Origin: the human T2T-CHM13v2.0 reference genome, Homo sapiens
Length of the DNA: 64,000 bases
Strand: one strand, 5' to 3'
Assembly: GCF_009914755.1 (NCBI RefSeq)
Contig: NC_060940.1
This document shows positions 24,592-40,006 of this stretch, piece after piece (position 1 is the first letter of the stretch; every line of letters starts with the position of its first letter). Under the pieces are notes generated by a model that worked only from the letters and a program-made list of their open reading frames with translations, was not told the origin of the DNA and made no database searches. The translations under genes were made by a program, and so were the position numbers.

Positions 24592-24895
24592 GTAGTAGTT
24601 ATGGTCACTGACTCCGGGTTCAGACGGACTTGGGGTTCAGTCCTAGCTCTGGCGCTTACCAGTTTTCTCAAGTGACTTTGGGCATCTTTACTCAAGGCTC
24701 TTGGTCTCAGTTTTCTCATCTGTAAAATGGAGATCGCAGTATCTAACTCATGGGTGTGTTTAAGGATTCAGTGATGGAGAAAATAGCTGAAAAGTGACCG
24801 TATGAAATGAGCAGCAGTTGTCAAGTACTTGGCATAGTTCCTGTCACATAGGAAGCATCCAGTAAGTAGTGGTATCTGTTGTGATTATGATCATA
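24592..24895 (+). mobile_element. MIR
   Basis: gtgactttgggca...ctcagttttctcatctgtaaaatgg. Confidence 0.85.
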
Positions 24896-25134
24896 TTTTA
24901 TTTCATGGAGTTCAGTAAGAGTACAAAGCGAGGAGTTTTTCTGCCCCTCCAGTAGGTGTAGAATTTGTGTGATGACTATGTGAGCTTATCCCCTGGTAGG
25001 TATAATGGAAAGACTAACAAGAGTAGAAGAGGGATGTAACTGGAGCATGATTTAAAGGAACTGTAGTTTGTCTCTGTTTTTTTTTTTTTTTTTTTTTCCT
25101 CTAAATAAACAAAGGAATAGAAGATCCTGTGAAG

Positions 25135-25468
<334 letters not shown>

Positions 25469-27301
25469 CTACCTTAAGGCTGATTGAGTAAAAGTGAAAG
25501 ATCATCCGGTCAACTGCTGGCCTGCCACTTGTGTTCGTTAATAGAACATTTCCCTCTGATTGTCAGGCTTTCTTAGCAGCTACAGAATACTTATTTTCTT
25601 CTTTATATTATAAGTTTATGCCACTGCAACATTTTAGAATCACCTGGGAAGCTTTTGAAAACTCCCAGCATCATGAAGCATGGTCTCTTGCCTTGGAGTC
25701 AGTGTCTGTCAACGTGGCTTTTGCTAAAGAGCCTTCCCCTATGAGAAGTGAGGCAGGAGAAGGCGGAGTGACCACAAGATGCCCTGATGGTGCCAAGCTA
25801 TTATTATAAATGAACTGAAGCCACAACAGAAGTCTGCTACCTTGTTCTTATCTGCATGTTTCTCTCTTTCCAGCCTCATCTTCTACTACCTTCTTCTACT
25901 CCCACACTTCTTCTACCTTGATTCCCAGCCTTCTTTTCTTTTCTTTTCTTTTTTCTTTTCTTTTCTTTTCTACCTCTCGGGATTCTGAGAGCATCCTGTA
26001 ATGTTGGAAAGCTTTCTGCTAATCCGGGCATTGGAGTGCTTTCTGGGTTCACTCCTGACAGTTCTTTATTGCTTTCCCACCTCTGCCAAGGTCAAAAATG
26101 GAACTTGCTTCTTGTTCTCGTATCACTCAGACTAAGCAGTTGATGTAACAGATAACCCCCAAATTTCAGTGGTTTCACATTTAATCTGTAAAAAATGAGG
26201 ATTTGTTTATAGCCCCAAAGACAGTCTAGTTTGGATTATTTGAGGACCTAGACTTCACCTGCACAGTGGTTTCACCATCCATCCCCCCATGGCCTCCATG
26301 GTACCCTCTGATTCAGGCTCAGCAGGAGCGGGAGAGGATGCATAGGACTACATGTTTTCTGGGCCAGGACTGGAAGCAGCATATCTCAGATCCAACCTCT
26401 TTCCCTTGGCAAAAATTCAGGATGTGCAGGACGAGGAGGAAAATGGGAGTAGTGACTATTTAGCCAGTCTTTGCCACATCCCGGTTCATATCTCACTCCG
26501 TCATTTATAACCTGTAATTAAATCTTTAGTGAGTACCTGTCACAGGTTGAGCAGTCTTCTAGGGCCTCTGGTTACCAGCAATGAAAAAAGCCCCATTTGG
26601 TAAAATACAGTAGTTGGATTCATTATCTCTGTGATTAACTTGCATAAAAAAGAGACAGTTTTCATTGATGTGACCTTTAGCAACAACTCCTAAAATATTT
26701 TTTTTCCTTCATTCCTGCTTTTCCTTGTTCCAGAAGAAGTTAAGGTAAATGGCTTTTAGCACATTGCACCCCCAGCTTTTAGCACATTGCATTATCATTA
26801 TAATAAATGTTTACGGTTACTGATATTATTATAGTTCTTTATCGACATTATTACAGTCCATTATTTACAGTCCTTATGTTATTTAGGAGGGGAATTTGGG
26901 GACATTGACCCACTTATGTGTAGTCCCCTAGTGAAATGACAAGAATCCCCAGAGCTGGGAAAACATTTCCATGCAATTACCTCTCAGTTTACATCAAAAT
27001 CATCTCGTCACCCTTGAGATTGAAGCTCGCACTCTGTAAGCTCTGAATAAATATTAACCATCTCCTGAACCCTGAAGGAGACATTTTCTGGGGAGCAGTG
27101 ATTTGATGATTTGATGAAGTTGTGTGTGTGTGTGTAGTTTTTCAGACATATCTCCATCTGATTCTTACCTCTAAGAGTTCCTCAAGGGCAATTGTGTTGC
27201 TTTGTTTTTCCTTGCATCTCTGGAGGCTGAGCACCTAGTAGTGATTCCAGGTACGTAGCAGGTATTTTACAGGTGCTTGTTGCATTAATGCACTTTATTG
27301 G

Positions 27302-27974
<673 letters not shown>

Positions 27975-28235
27975 ATTGGTTTCTTAGGGTTGGATGGCTT
28001 AAAACAACAGAAATGTATCATCTCACAGTTCTGAAAGTGAGAAGTCCAAAATCAAGGTGTCAGCACAGCCACGTTCTTTCTGAAGGCTCCAGGGATGATC
28101 TACTCCATGCCTTTGTCTTAGCTTTTGGCATTGCGGGCGGTGCTTGGTGTTCCTTGGCTTGTAGGTGCATCACTCCAATCTGCCTTTGTCGCTGCATGTC
28201 ATTCACATTGGGTCTCTCTGTCTCTACTCCTTTTC
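27975..28235 (-). mobile_element. MLT1C-type LTR fragment
   Basis: ggcttaaaacaacagaaat...gaagtccaaaatcaaggtgtcagca. Confidence 0.8.
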
Positions 28236-28581
28236 TTCTCTTTTTTCTCCTTTCCTTTTCTTTCCTCTTCCCTTTTCCTTTCTTTTCTTCTCCTCCTCCT
28301 TCTCCTTCTCCTCCTTCTCCTTCTTCTTCTCTTTGTTCTCCTTCTAGTTCTCCTCCTTTCTTCTTTCTTACTTTTACTCCTCCCTGCTTCCCTTCCCTCC
28401 CTCCCTCTTCCTCCCTCCCTCCCTCCCTCCCTCCCTCCCTCTCTCCCTCTCTCCCTCCCTCTCTCCCTCTCTCTTTTTCTCTTTCTCTCTTTCTCTTTCT
28501 GTGTCTCTCTTTTCTCTCTCTCTCTCTTTCCTTCCTTCCTTCCTTCTTTTCTTCCTTCCTTCCTTTTTTCTTCTTTTTTTT
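28228..28581. repeat. About 350-bp polypyrimidine tract (CTT/CCT/CCCT/CT/TTCC)
   Basis: Almost purine-free on the + strand. Confidence 0.95.
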
Positions 28582-28871
28582 GGAAACAGTCTTGCTCTGT
28601 CACCCAGGTTACAGTGCAGTGGCATGATCACGGTTCACTGCAGCCTCAACCTCCTGGGGTCAAGTGATCTTCCCCACCTCAGCCTCCCGGGTAGCTGGGA
28701 CCACAGGTATGCACCACCACACGTGGCGTATTTTTAAATTATTTGTGGAGACGGGGCGGGGAGGTCTCCCTGTGTTGGCCAGGCTGGTTTCAAGCTCCTG
28801 GCCTCAAGGGATTCTCCTCCCTCAGCCTTCCAAAGTGTTAAGATTACAGGCATGAACCACTGCACCCAGCC
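28575..28871 (-). mobile_element. AluJ
   Basis: Antisense dimer whose tail merges with the pyrimidine tract. Confidence 0.9.
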
Positions 28872-28925
28872 TATCTTAATTCAATACACAGTAGTGCTTT
28901 TTGTTCCCCCATGGGATAGTAGGTA

Positions 28926-29004
28926 AATTAATGGAGGAAGGGAGTCAACTAAACAATTTATTTGAGCAATTAATGGAGGAAGGGAGTCAACTAAACAATT
29001 TATT
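28926..29004. repeat. 37-bp direct repeat, period 42
   Basis: aattaatggaggaagggagtcaactaaacaatttatt at 28926 and 28968. Confidence 0.97.
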
Positions 29005-29266
29005 AGGGCTTTATGTAAAGCCCTAGGGTTAGTTGGTTGGTTGGTTTTGTTTTGTTTTGTTCCTTTTTTTTTTGCCAGGGGATGCTGTGGTTGAATTTCC
29101 CTCTGTGGTGAGAGTTGCATGGGGCAATGAGGAGGTAGTCCAGAATAGTTCTATGGAAATAGGAGGCTTTCAGTTTCTTCATCTGTACAATGAGAGTTGA
29201 GGGGAGCTGAGTCGGGAGTTGAAATGGTCACTGGGTATCATTTCCGTGGGTGGCTCTAACCTGTTA

Positions 29267-29738
<472 letters not shown>

Positions 29739-30173
29739 ATGAGGGTCCTCATCAGCGTGCCTTTGACACTGTCCTCTGGTCCTGGTGATCTGAATACATC
29801 ACCACAGAACTGCCAGGGTACGTGTTTCCTAGCCCATAGCGAGTCCCAGTGAAAGCAGAGATGAGAAAGAAAGGAGGGACACAAGGTCTGGGTCCTGAGT
29901 TCCAGTCCGTGGGGGCCCTGGTGCTACTGCTGTAGTTCATGAAACATTCCCTTCGATTCTTTGAACTCTCTCATACCTTTCCCTTAAATTCTTCTTTTTC
30001 GCTTATGTCAAGCTTCTTTCAGTAACAACAGAAAGGCTAATAGTAGTGCTGTGTGGGGAGGACTTTGGACTTGGGGATTGGACTCCATGGGAGAGGTCAG
30101 CTCCTTGTCTCCCTGGTGGTGAGACAGGGAATGGTAGAGTGTGTCCTACCTGTGTGCCTGCCTTGCTCTACAT

Positions 30174-31029
30174 CAGTGCTTCTTGGATATTTTGGTATCA
30201 GGACTCTAAACTCTTAGTAGTTATCCAGGACCCAAAATAGCATTTGTTTATCTGGGTCATTTTTACTGATATTTATCATACTAGAAATTAAAATAGAAAT
30301 AGTCAAATTCTTTATTAATTCGTTTATAAGTAAGAAACCTATTACAAGTGAACATACATAACTCCCTTCCTCTTTCCTCTCTCCCTCCTTCCTTCCTTTT
30401 TTTTTTTTTTTTTTTTTTTTTTGAGAAAGGGTCTCACTGTGTCACCCAAGCTGGAGTGCAGTGGCCCAGTCACAGGTTACTGCAGCCTTAACCTCCTGGG
30501 TTCAAGTGATTCTCCTGCCTCAGCCTCCTGAGTAGCTGTGACTACGGACACATGCCACTACACCTAGTTGATTTTTGTATTTTTTGTAGAGATGGGGTCC
30601 CACGGTGTTGCCCAAGCTGGTCTCAAACTGAACTCCTGAGCTCAAGTGATTCTCCCGCCTTGGCCTCCCAAAGTGCTAGGATGATGATAGGCAGGAGCCA
30701 CCACACCTGGCCATGGATAACATTTCTATAAAATATAACCATATTTTCAAACAAAGAGAAAAGTGGCGTTGTGCTACATTTCTTCTCCAGTGCTTGGTTC
30801 CCTAGAAGACAGCCAGATTCTCACTTCTTTTCCTGCATTCAGTCTCTTGTGATATCACATGGCATGTGGCCTCTGAAAAACTCCGCTGTCTAGTTGTAAA
30901 AGAATACAAGTAAGTAGTCAAGTGACACCTTAGCATTCTGATGAAAAGAGCTTTGACCTCACAGAGCTTCTGGAAGGGTCTCAGAGACATCCGTGAGGGT
31001 CCCTTGACTGCACTTTGACAACCACAGGT
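30174..31029 (-). mobile_element. Charlie1-family hAT element (Charlie1b/MER119-like) split by AluJ
   Basis: agaagacagccagattctca...ctgcattcagtct...tttgacctcac...gaagggtctcag. Confidence 0.7.
30397..30712 (-). mobile_element. AluJ
   Basis: Poly-T followed by antisense dimer. Confidence 0.92.
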
Positions 31030-31332
31030 CTACATGATCTGTATAGCCTTTTCCAGTTTTCACATCCTATGATTCCAAGAGGGAAAACAATCTTCCTTGT
31101 AAAGAGAGTTAAGTGACATTGTGTCCTTGTCTACACTCAGCTGCTAATATGCTATGGGACCTCAGGTATGTCACTTAAACCTTGTGTTGGAGTTTCCTCC
31201 TTGTTACATGGAGGTCACAAGAATAACAAACTATGCATAGATCACCTAATTTAGTCATTCCAACTGTGTGGAGAGATAGAGGATTAGGATGGACTTTATT
31301 TCCTAAGTGAGAAACGTTGGCTTTAGTAAAAG

Positions 31333-32089
<757 letters not shown>

Positions 32090-32796
32090 AATGGGCTTTG
32101 CTTGAAGTCCCTCAGCTGCTAAGGGTCAGAAACAGGATTTGAACCTACAGTTTTGAGGCCTGAACCTGCTATGCAGTGCTTTCTTCCTGATAGTGAAACC
32201 ACTGTGGTCCCAAACCCACAGGGCTCTATTTAGATTTAAACAAGACTATGAATGTAAACAGACACAGTGCAATGCCAGATCCAGAGCAATCGAAGGTCAT
32301 AGTTTCCTCATCCCTCGAAGCTGCCACCTTGCAACATCATCCTTGTGTTACTTCCAGTTGTTTCTTATGATAAGTAACAGTGACTTTGATATATCCATTT
32401 TTTAGTTGTGTACATGGTGGTGATGGTGTTTTACTCCTTGCTATAAACGCTTAAGGATTCCTTAGCTTTAGGGAATGAAACTACTTGGGCAAGAATATAA
32501 AATTTTGTTCTATTTTATTTTAAAGCTCTGGTTACATATGGTCAAGTTGCTTCCCAAAAAGCGTCTCTGTCAGGATGATCTTATGAACGACGTTAGTACC
32601 TCAATTTTACTGTCCCATCCTTTTTTCCTCCTTCCTTGCCTCCTTCCCTCTCTGCCTCCTTCCTTTTCTTCCCATTTCCTTCCTTCCAGCATTATCATAT
32701 AAGCCACGTGCTGGGATGTACCAGGCACACTAGCTCTATAGGTAAGATATTTCCTAGGACTCATCATTCACATGAGTCCAGGAGAAATACATCTTT

Positions 32797-33102
32797 TGTT
32801 TGTTTGTTTGTTTTTTGAGACAGAGTCTTGCTCAGGCTGGAGTGCGATGGCACCATCTGAGCTCACTGCAGCCTCAACCGCCTGGTCTCAAATGATCCAC
32901 CCAACCTAGCCTCCTAAGTAGCTGGGACCACAGGTGCATGCCACCATGCCCGGCAATTTTTTTTTTTTTTTTTTTTTTTTTTAAGTAGAGACAGGGTCTT
33001 GCTGTGTTGCCCGGGATGGTCTTGAACTCCTGGGCTCAAGCGATCCTCCCTCCTTATCCTCCCAAAGTGCTGGGATTACAGGTATAAACCACCAACCCAG
33101 CC
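32797..33102 (-). mobile_element. AluJ
   Basis: TSD aggagaaata(c/a)atctttt; long T linker. Confidence 0.92.
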
Positions 33103-34174
33103 TCAGGAGAAATAAATCTTTTAGGAAAAAAAAGTGACACAGTTTTCTCTTGTGGCTTATCACTTGGAATGTGGAGAGTCATTTCCATTAGGGAACCACC
33201 AGGAATCTTGGCAACTTAGCAGCCACAGGAGATGCAGAAACTGAGTAGTGATTTAAACATTCAGATCACTTTGTTTGTTCCCCTAGAATAATACATTATT
33301 ATCATTAACAAAGTAACTCAACTTACAGTATCAAATCAACTGCAGAGCCATTGATATTGATGTTACCGTACTATCCAACACATTATGTTTAGTGTTGATT
33401 TAAGAAAATGTTGATTTTATTTGATGTCATGGGTGGGAAATTGCTTGCTTTTGTTTTTTGAGTGAATCTGGTTTAACTGGGCTGTGTAAGCCAAGGAGTT
33501 CTAACTCTTCTTGGGCAACTGAGACCGTGGCTAATATTTCATTATCTGTATTAATTAAAGACAGGGCCTGGTACTTGACATGGCAGTGTGATGTGTCCAA
33601 GGTTAGACCCGAGGTAAGAATTTAGAGCACAGAGGCACGCTCACATGAAGCTGCCAATTCCTCTGCTTTTTCAGGTAGAGGCTGAATGATTTCCGCACCT
33701 TTTTATAGATTGCATGACTTCAAAGATGCACACTAATACTACGGCTCCTTGGGAAATCTTTCTGCACTGATCCCTTTGAATCTTCAGTGTTTCAACATAG
33801 ACTTGTTACAAAGAGAAGGAATATAAGCCTCTGTTCTTTCTTGTTTCCCTTTGTTAATTCCTTTTTCCTTTCATTCCTTCTTATCTATCCCTTTCTTACC
33901 TTCTTTATTTCCTCGTTTATTTGGGCTTTTTCGGTTGTGAAGATCAGTACCTTGAAATTCAGAATAGATGGCATGAAGCACTTCAGCTTTGCATTCAAGT
34001 ACTCATGTGTATGATCAAGCATCGTCATGATCATTATTGACTGGAAAGCCTGTAAGAAGAAGGGGATAAGGCCAGGGTGCAGACTGGGCAGTAGTTCCCT
34101 GTCATGAATCCACTCTGCAGTTGTTTTATAACATGCAACAAAAACTAAAGTCTAATAGCACTCCCCAATGCCAA

Positions 34175-34500
34175 TTTTTTTTCTTTTTTTTTTTTTTTTT
34201 TTTTGTGAGAGACAGGGTCTTGCTTTATAGCCCAAGCTGGAGTGCAGTGGTGCCTTCACAGCTCTTTGCAGCCTTGAACTCTGGGCTCAATTGATCCTCC
34301 TGCCTCAGCCATCTGAGTAGTTGGGACAACAGGTATGCACTACCATGCCCAGTGAATTTAAAAAAACAAACAAACAAAACACTTTTTGTAGAGAAAGGGT
34401 CTTGCTATGTTGGTGAGGCCAGTCTCAAACTCATGCCCTCAAATGATCCTCCTGCCGTGGTCTCCAAAAGTGCTGGGATTACAGGTGTGAGCCCCCAACC
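34175..34500 (-). mobile_element. AluJ
   Basis: Antisense dimer. Confidence 0.9.
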
Positions 34501-34504
34501 CCAA

Positions 34505-34942
34505 AACTTGAATCTGGGCCACCTTTACTGACTTACTTATTACTATGTAGAATATGGTACAGGTGACGCTGCAGACTCTTGAAGTTAGGTCATAAAAGAT
34601 GATCCTGCTTCCGTCTGGTTGTGTCTCTCACTCATGGGATGCTTACCCTCAAAATTTGGCCACCATGCCATGAGGAAACTCAATCTAGCGTAGGTAGGAA
34701 GACCATGAGAGGCCCAAATAGAGAGGAATTGAGGCCGCCAGTCATAGTCAGCTTCAGTCATCAGATAGGAAGCCAACAACTGAGCCCTCAGATGATTCCA
34801 GTTTCCAAACACTGTGAAGCAGAGGCTGACTGTCCCCTTTGTGCCATATTCCAATTGCTGACCCACAGAATTCATGAATAGCGCATGTGGTAGATTTACA
34901 CTTCAAAGTCTTTGGGTAATTTGATAAAGATGTGGTAACTGG
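34505..34942 (+). mobile_element. MLT1G/F-like LTR
   Basis: taggtcataaaaga...ccatgccatgaggaa...ctgacccacagaat. Confidence 0.7.
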
Positions 34943-35597
34943 GCTATGCTCTAATCAATAATCTTAGCTAAGATTTATCAGAAATTAAAACTGTATACTT
35001 AACTAACCACCTAGATAGGTGCAGGCATATATGAATTCACCGAAATTTGACTCAACTCCTTTGGTTAATTTAAATAAAATAAAAGTAAATAAGGGGAAAT
35101 TGCATACTCCTATCTGGACTGTTTTCTTATGGTTTTGGAATCTCTGGCAGGTAGAAGTAATTATTTCTGTAACTCTTAGGCAGGGCTTAGGAATTATCTC
35201 CCTTAGGTTTGACTTCTTTCTTTCTTGAGAATAAGCGCTGTGTTTCGCAAGAGTAAAGAAGTGGCATTTATTCTGTTGTCACAGCATTACTGAGCTCGAG
35301 TGGATGGCTCTTTATTTCCTTCTCGTCTTTTCTTTTCTAGTCTTTGTCAGGACCCATTCCTTTACCCCTCTTTGCTTTTACGGTTTTCACATTTTAATAA
35401 TGTAAAACCATGTTCCCCAAACTTCCGCCTTTTTTGTCCCATTTGCTCCGCTGTTACATCATTTGTTTTTAATTACGTTCATATTTACTTATGTTTTTAT
35501 GCACAGCTATTTATAAAGAAGATTCTATAATACTAAAGTAAATAGAAGAGCAATATCATTTGCCATAAATACAAAGGATCCCTGAAAATAAATATAC

Positions 35598-36425
<828 letters not shown>

Positions 36426-37186
36426 CTAAATAAGTCGTCCATCCGTCCATCTATTCATACACACACGTAAAATGAAAACTAAAGCAAAAGAGTAGTATTA
36501 AATTCTAGTTAGAGACTTAGGATTTCCAGTGACTGAAATTGGAATGTTAGGTGTTAAAGACACACATCAAAATGAGACTCTTGGTTTTTTTTATAAGTAC
36601 AAGGATTGCAAGATACCTGAAAAGGGAGTATTTTTCCCCCACATGCATCTCAGGAGGGTAGCCTCAGATATAAGCTTAGGAGTCCTGAATTTATCATCAA
36701 TATTTATATCGCTGTTTGGCCCCTAACACCTTCCCTATGATAGCCCTAATTGGAATATCGTAAATGTTTGTTGCATGAATCAACCTATTTAACCTGTGCG
36801 TCCTTAAATCTTACGGTCTGCGGGTTGACACTTCTAGTGAAGGGAGACATTTCTTTACCTACCTGGGACCTCAGACCTTGGACCTCACTGAACTTGAGAG
36901 CAGAGCTGGTTTATGTGTAACTGAACCCGATGGTTAGTTTCCTGTTTCAACTTGATTAGGTCCCAGTCACAGGGTGCCCACGTGTTTGGTCAAACATCAC
37001 TCTGGGGTGTCTGTGAGTGTGTTTCTGGGTGAGGTGAACATTTAAATCAGTCACCTGATTACAGCAGATTGTTCTCAAGTGCCTGAGCTTCGTCTCATCA
37101 GCTGAAGGTCTGAATAGAGCAAATAGACTGACCCTACTTCAAAGAGAACTCCTTCTGCCTGATGACTCAGGTGGGGACTTCAGTCC

Positions 37187-37531
<345 letters not shown>

Positions 37532-37708
37532 TGAAGCATCAGCATTTCTTGTGTTTTGATCTTGCTGGAGTTGGACTGAAACTACACATCAGTTCTCCTG
37601 GCTCTCCACCTTGCCTATAGCGGATCTTGAGACTTTTTCTTATTTTATCTATCTATCAATCCATTGGTCATCAGGTTCTCCAGAGAATCAGAACCAATAA
37701 GAGATGAC

Positions 37709-37722
37709 ATACACACCACACA

Positions 37723-37769
<47 letters not shown>
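37709..37769. repeat. (CA)n microsatellite
   Basis: Interrupted, then pure CA run. Confidence 0.97.
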
Positions 37770-37772
<3 letters not shown>

Positions 37773-38909
37773 TATGGTTCTGATTCTCTGGAGAACCCTG
37801 ACTAATACAGAGGCAAGATCCTGTTTTGACGTGCTTGAACTCGAGGACTTATGCCGATGTTAACTCTGAGTGTTCCTGTTTTATACTCAGCCATACAGAT
37901 GCTCAGAGCATACCTGCACAAGTCAACTTTTTGTGTCTGCAGGCATGGGCCTGCCCTGTACATGAGGAGACAGCAGACAGTTCCTCTCCCTGCTGCTGGC
38001 CTCTTCATCTTCTCCTGGCGTCACCACGGCCACCGTGATGCCTGGCTCAAGTACTAGTTCTATGTCAGTGATGGTACCAATGGACTCTAACTTTAGAATG
38101 TTGTTGACTGAAGGCCCCTGCCCCCTGCCTTGCTTTAGGTGGAGGATCTGGTCAAGGCTTTGTGAATCAGGGGATGCTCCACACCTTTCTGCTCTCTGCA
38201 ACAGGGCCAGGGATCTGAGTCCCTTCTTGTCTACCCAGAAACCGTATACCCAGTGTTCTCTTTCTCTCACCTCCGAATAGGTGGGCCTTCCCAATTTACC
38301 TGTGAGAAAACTAGTGTGCCACCTCAAGCGATTCTGGCCTCTGTTGACTGTCTGAACCCTGTGTTTTGTTGAGTGGTGCAGACTAGAGATGAAGACAGGG
38401 ATTCGGCTTCGCTTGCTTTATCAAGGGAATGTTCTTGGGACAAATGTGTGACAGGTGAGGAAAACAACATAGGAAAGGAGACAGAAGTGAAGAGAAGATG
38501 TGGTCTCAAATGAAGTCTGGCTTCAGGTTTATCCTTGGGGGGCTCTGGAATAAAAATCACACCTCAAACTTGACCCGCTTGAGGCCAGAAGGCCGGGCTG
38601 TGGTACCTTCGTGTCGGACAGTCATAGGCTATCCTCATGGGGACCTGTATGTTGCCAGGTGTCTTGGGCAAGGTGGACAAGGATGCCAGCAAAGTGAAAT
38701 TTTCCAGAGAAGGTCACAAAAGCTAGGAAATGGCACAGCAGCTGCTAAAAGGGGATCTGACCAGGCCACCAACAGCTTCTGCTTCTTCCCAAAGTCACCT
38801 TTGCTCTCTCCTGACCACCGTTGGTGTCTCAAAGTCTCACATGTGACAACACACATATCATCAAATTCATGAGTATCCATGGCACACAATGTTTTCCTTT
38901 TCTTCTCTT

Positions 38910-39251
38910 CTCTTTCTTTCTTGTTTTGTTTTGTTGTTTTATTTTGTTTTGTTTTACTGAGATAGGATCTGTCTCTTTCCCCCAGGCTACAGTGCAGTTG
39001 CGTGATATTAGCTCACTGCAGCCTCAAACTTCTAGGCTGAAGTGATCCTCCCACCTCAACGTCCTGAGTAGGGAGGGGACTACAGGTGCATGCCTCCACA
39101 TCTGACTAATTACTGAATTTTTAAAAATTTTTTTAGACACTGAGTCTCACCGTCTTGCCCTGGCTGGTCTCAAACTCCTGGGCTCATACAATTCCCCTGC
39201 CTCCGAATCCCAAAGTGCTGGGATTATAGGCATGAGGCAATGTGCCCGGCC
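38910..39251 (-). mobile_element. AluJ
   Basis: Antisense dimer with (TTTTG) tail. Confidence 0.88.
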
Positions 39252-39427
39252 CACAATGGTTTTCATATAGCTATTGTGTATTGCGTTATTGCCTTAGTCA
39301 CAGAAGCCCATAAAAAACAGATTCCAATAAAGAGACTAGGTTTGCAGAGTGATGAGTGGGGCCCTTGAAATAATTACATTTAGTGGGTTATATGTCTATT
39401 TTTTTGGTCGTTCCTTGCTCATCTGTC

Positions 39428-39779
39428 TTTATTTTTGTTTATTTATTTATTCATTTATTTGAGATGGAGTCTCACTCTGTCACCCAGGCTGGAGTGCAGT
39501 GGTATGATCTCGGCTCACTACAGCTTCCACCTCCCATGTTCCAGCTATTTTCCTGCCTCAGCCTTCTGAGTAGCTGGAATTACAAGCGCCCGCCACCATA
39601 CTTCGCTAATTTTTGTATGTATATGTGTATATATATGTATATAATATATATATTTTTTAGTACAGATGCGGTTTCATCATGTTGATCAGGCTGGTCTCGA
39701 ACTTCTGACCTCAGAATGATCCGCCTGCCTCAGCCTCCCAAAGTGCTGGGATTACAGGTGTGAGCCACAATGCCCAGCC
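39428..39779 (-). mobile_element. AluS with TA-rich linker
   Basis: Antisense dimer at the tail of the adjacent L1. Confidence 0.9.
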
Positions 39780-39789
39780 TTATATATGT

Positions 39790-40006
39790 ATTTATTAAGT
39801 TTGGGGGGAACAGGTGGTGTTTGGTTACATGAATAAGTTCTTTAGTGATGATTTCTGAGATTTTGATGTACCCATCACCCGGGCAGTGTATACTGTAGCC
39901 AATAGGTAGTCTTTTATTCCTCACCCTACTCCCACCCTTCTCCCTGAGTTCCCAAAGTCCATTGTATCATTCTTCTGCCTTTGCATCCTCATAGTTTAGC
40001 TCCCAG
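39790..40006 (-). mobile_element. L1PB-like 3' end
   Basis: ggggggaacaggtggtgtttggttacatgaataagttctttagtg...cctcatagtttagctccca. Confidence 0.85.

Noticed and set aside
28013-28667. Longest ORFs (204, 180 and 134 aa)
   Set aside because: Translations of MLT1C, the pyrimidine tract and an Alu; low-complexity artefacts
28926-29004. CRISPR-like 37-bp direct repeats
   Set aside because: Only two copies with a 5-bp spacer, in primate DNA, with no cas genes
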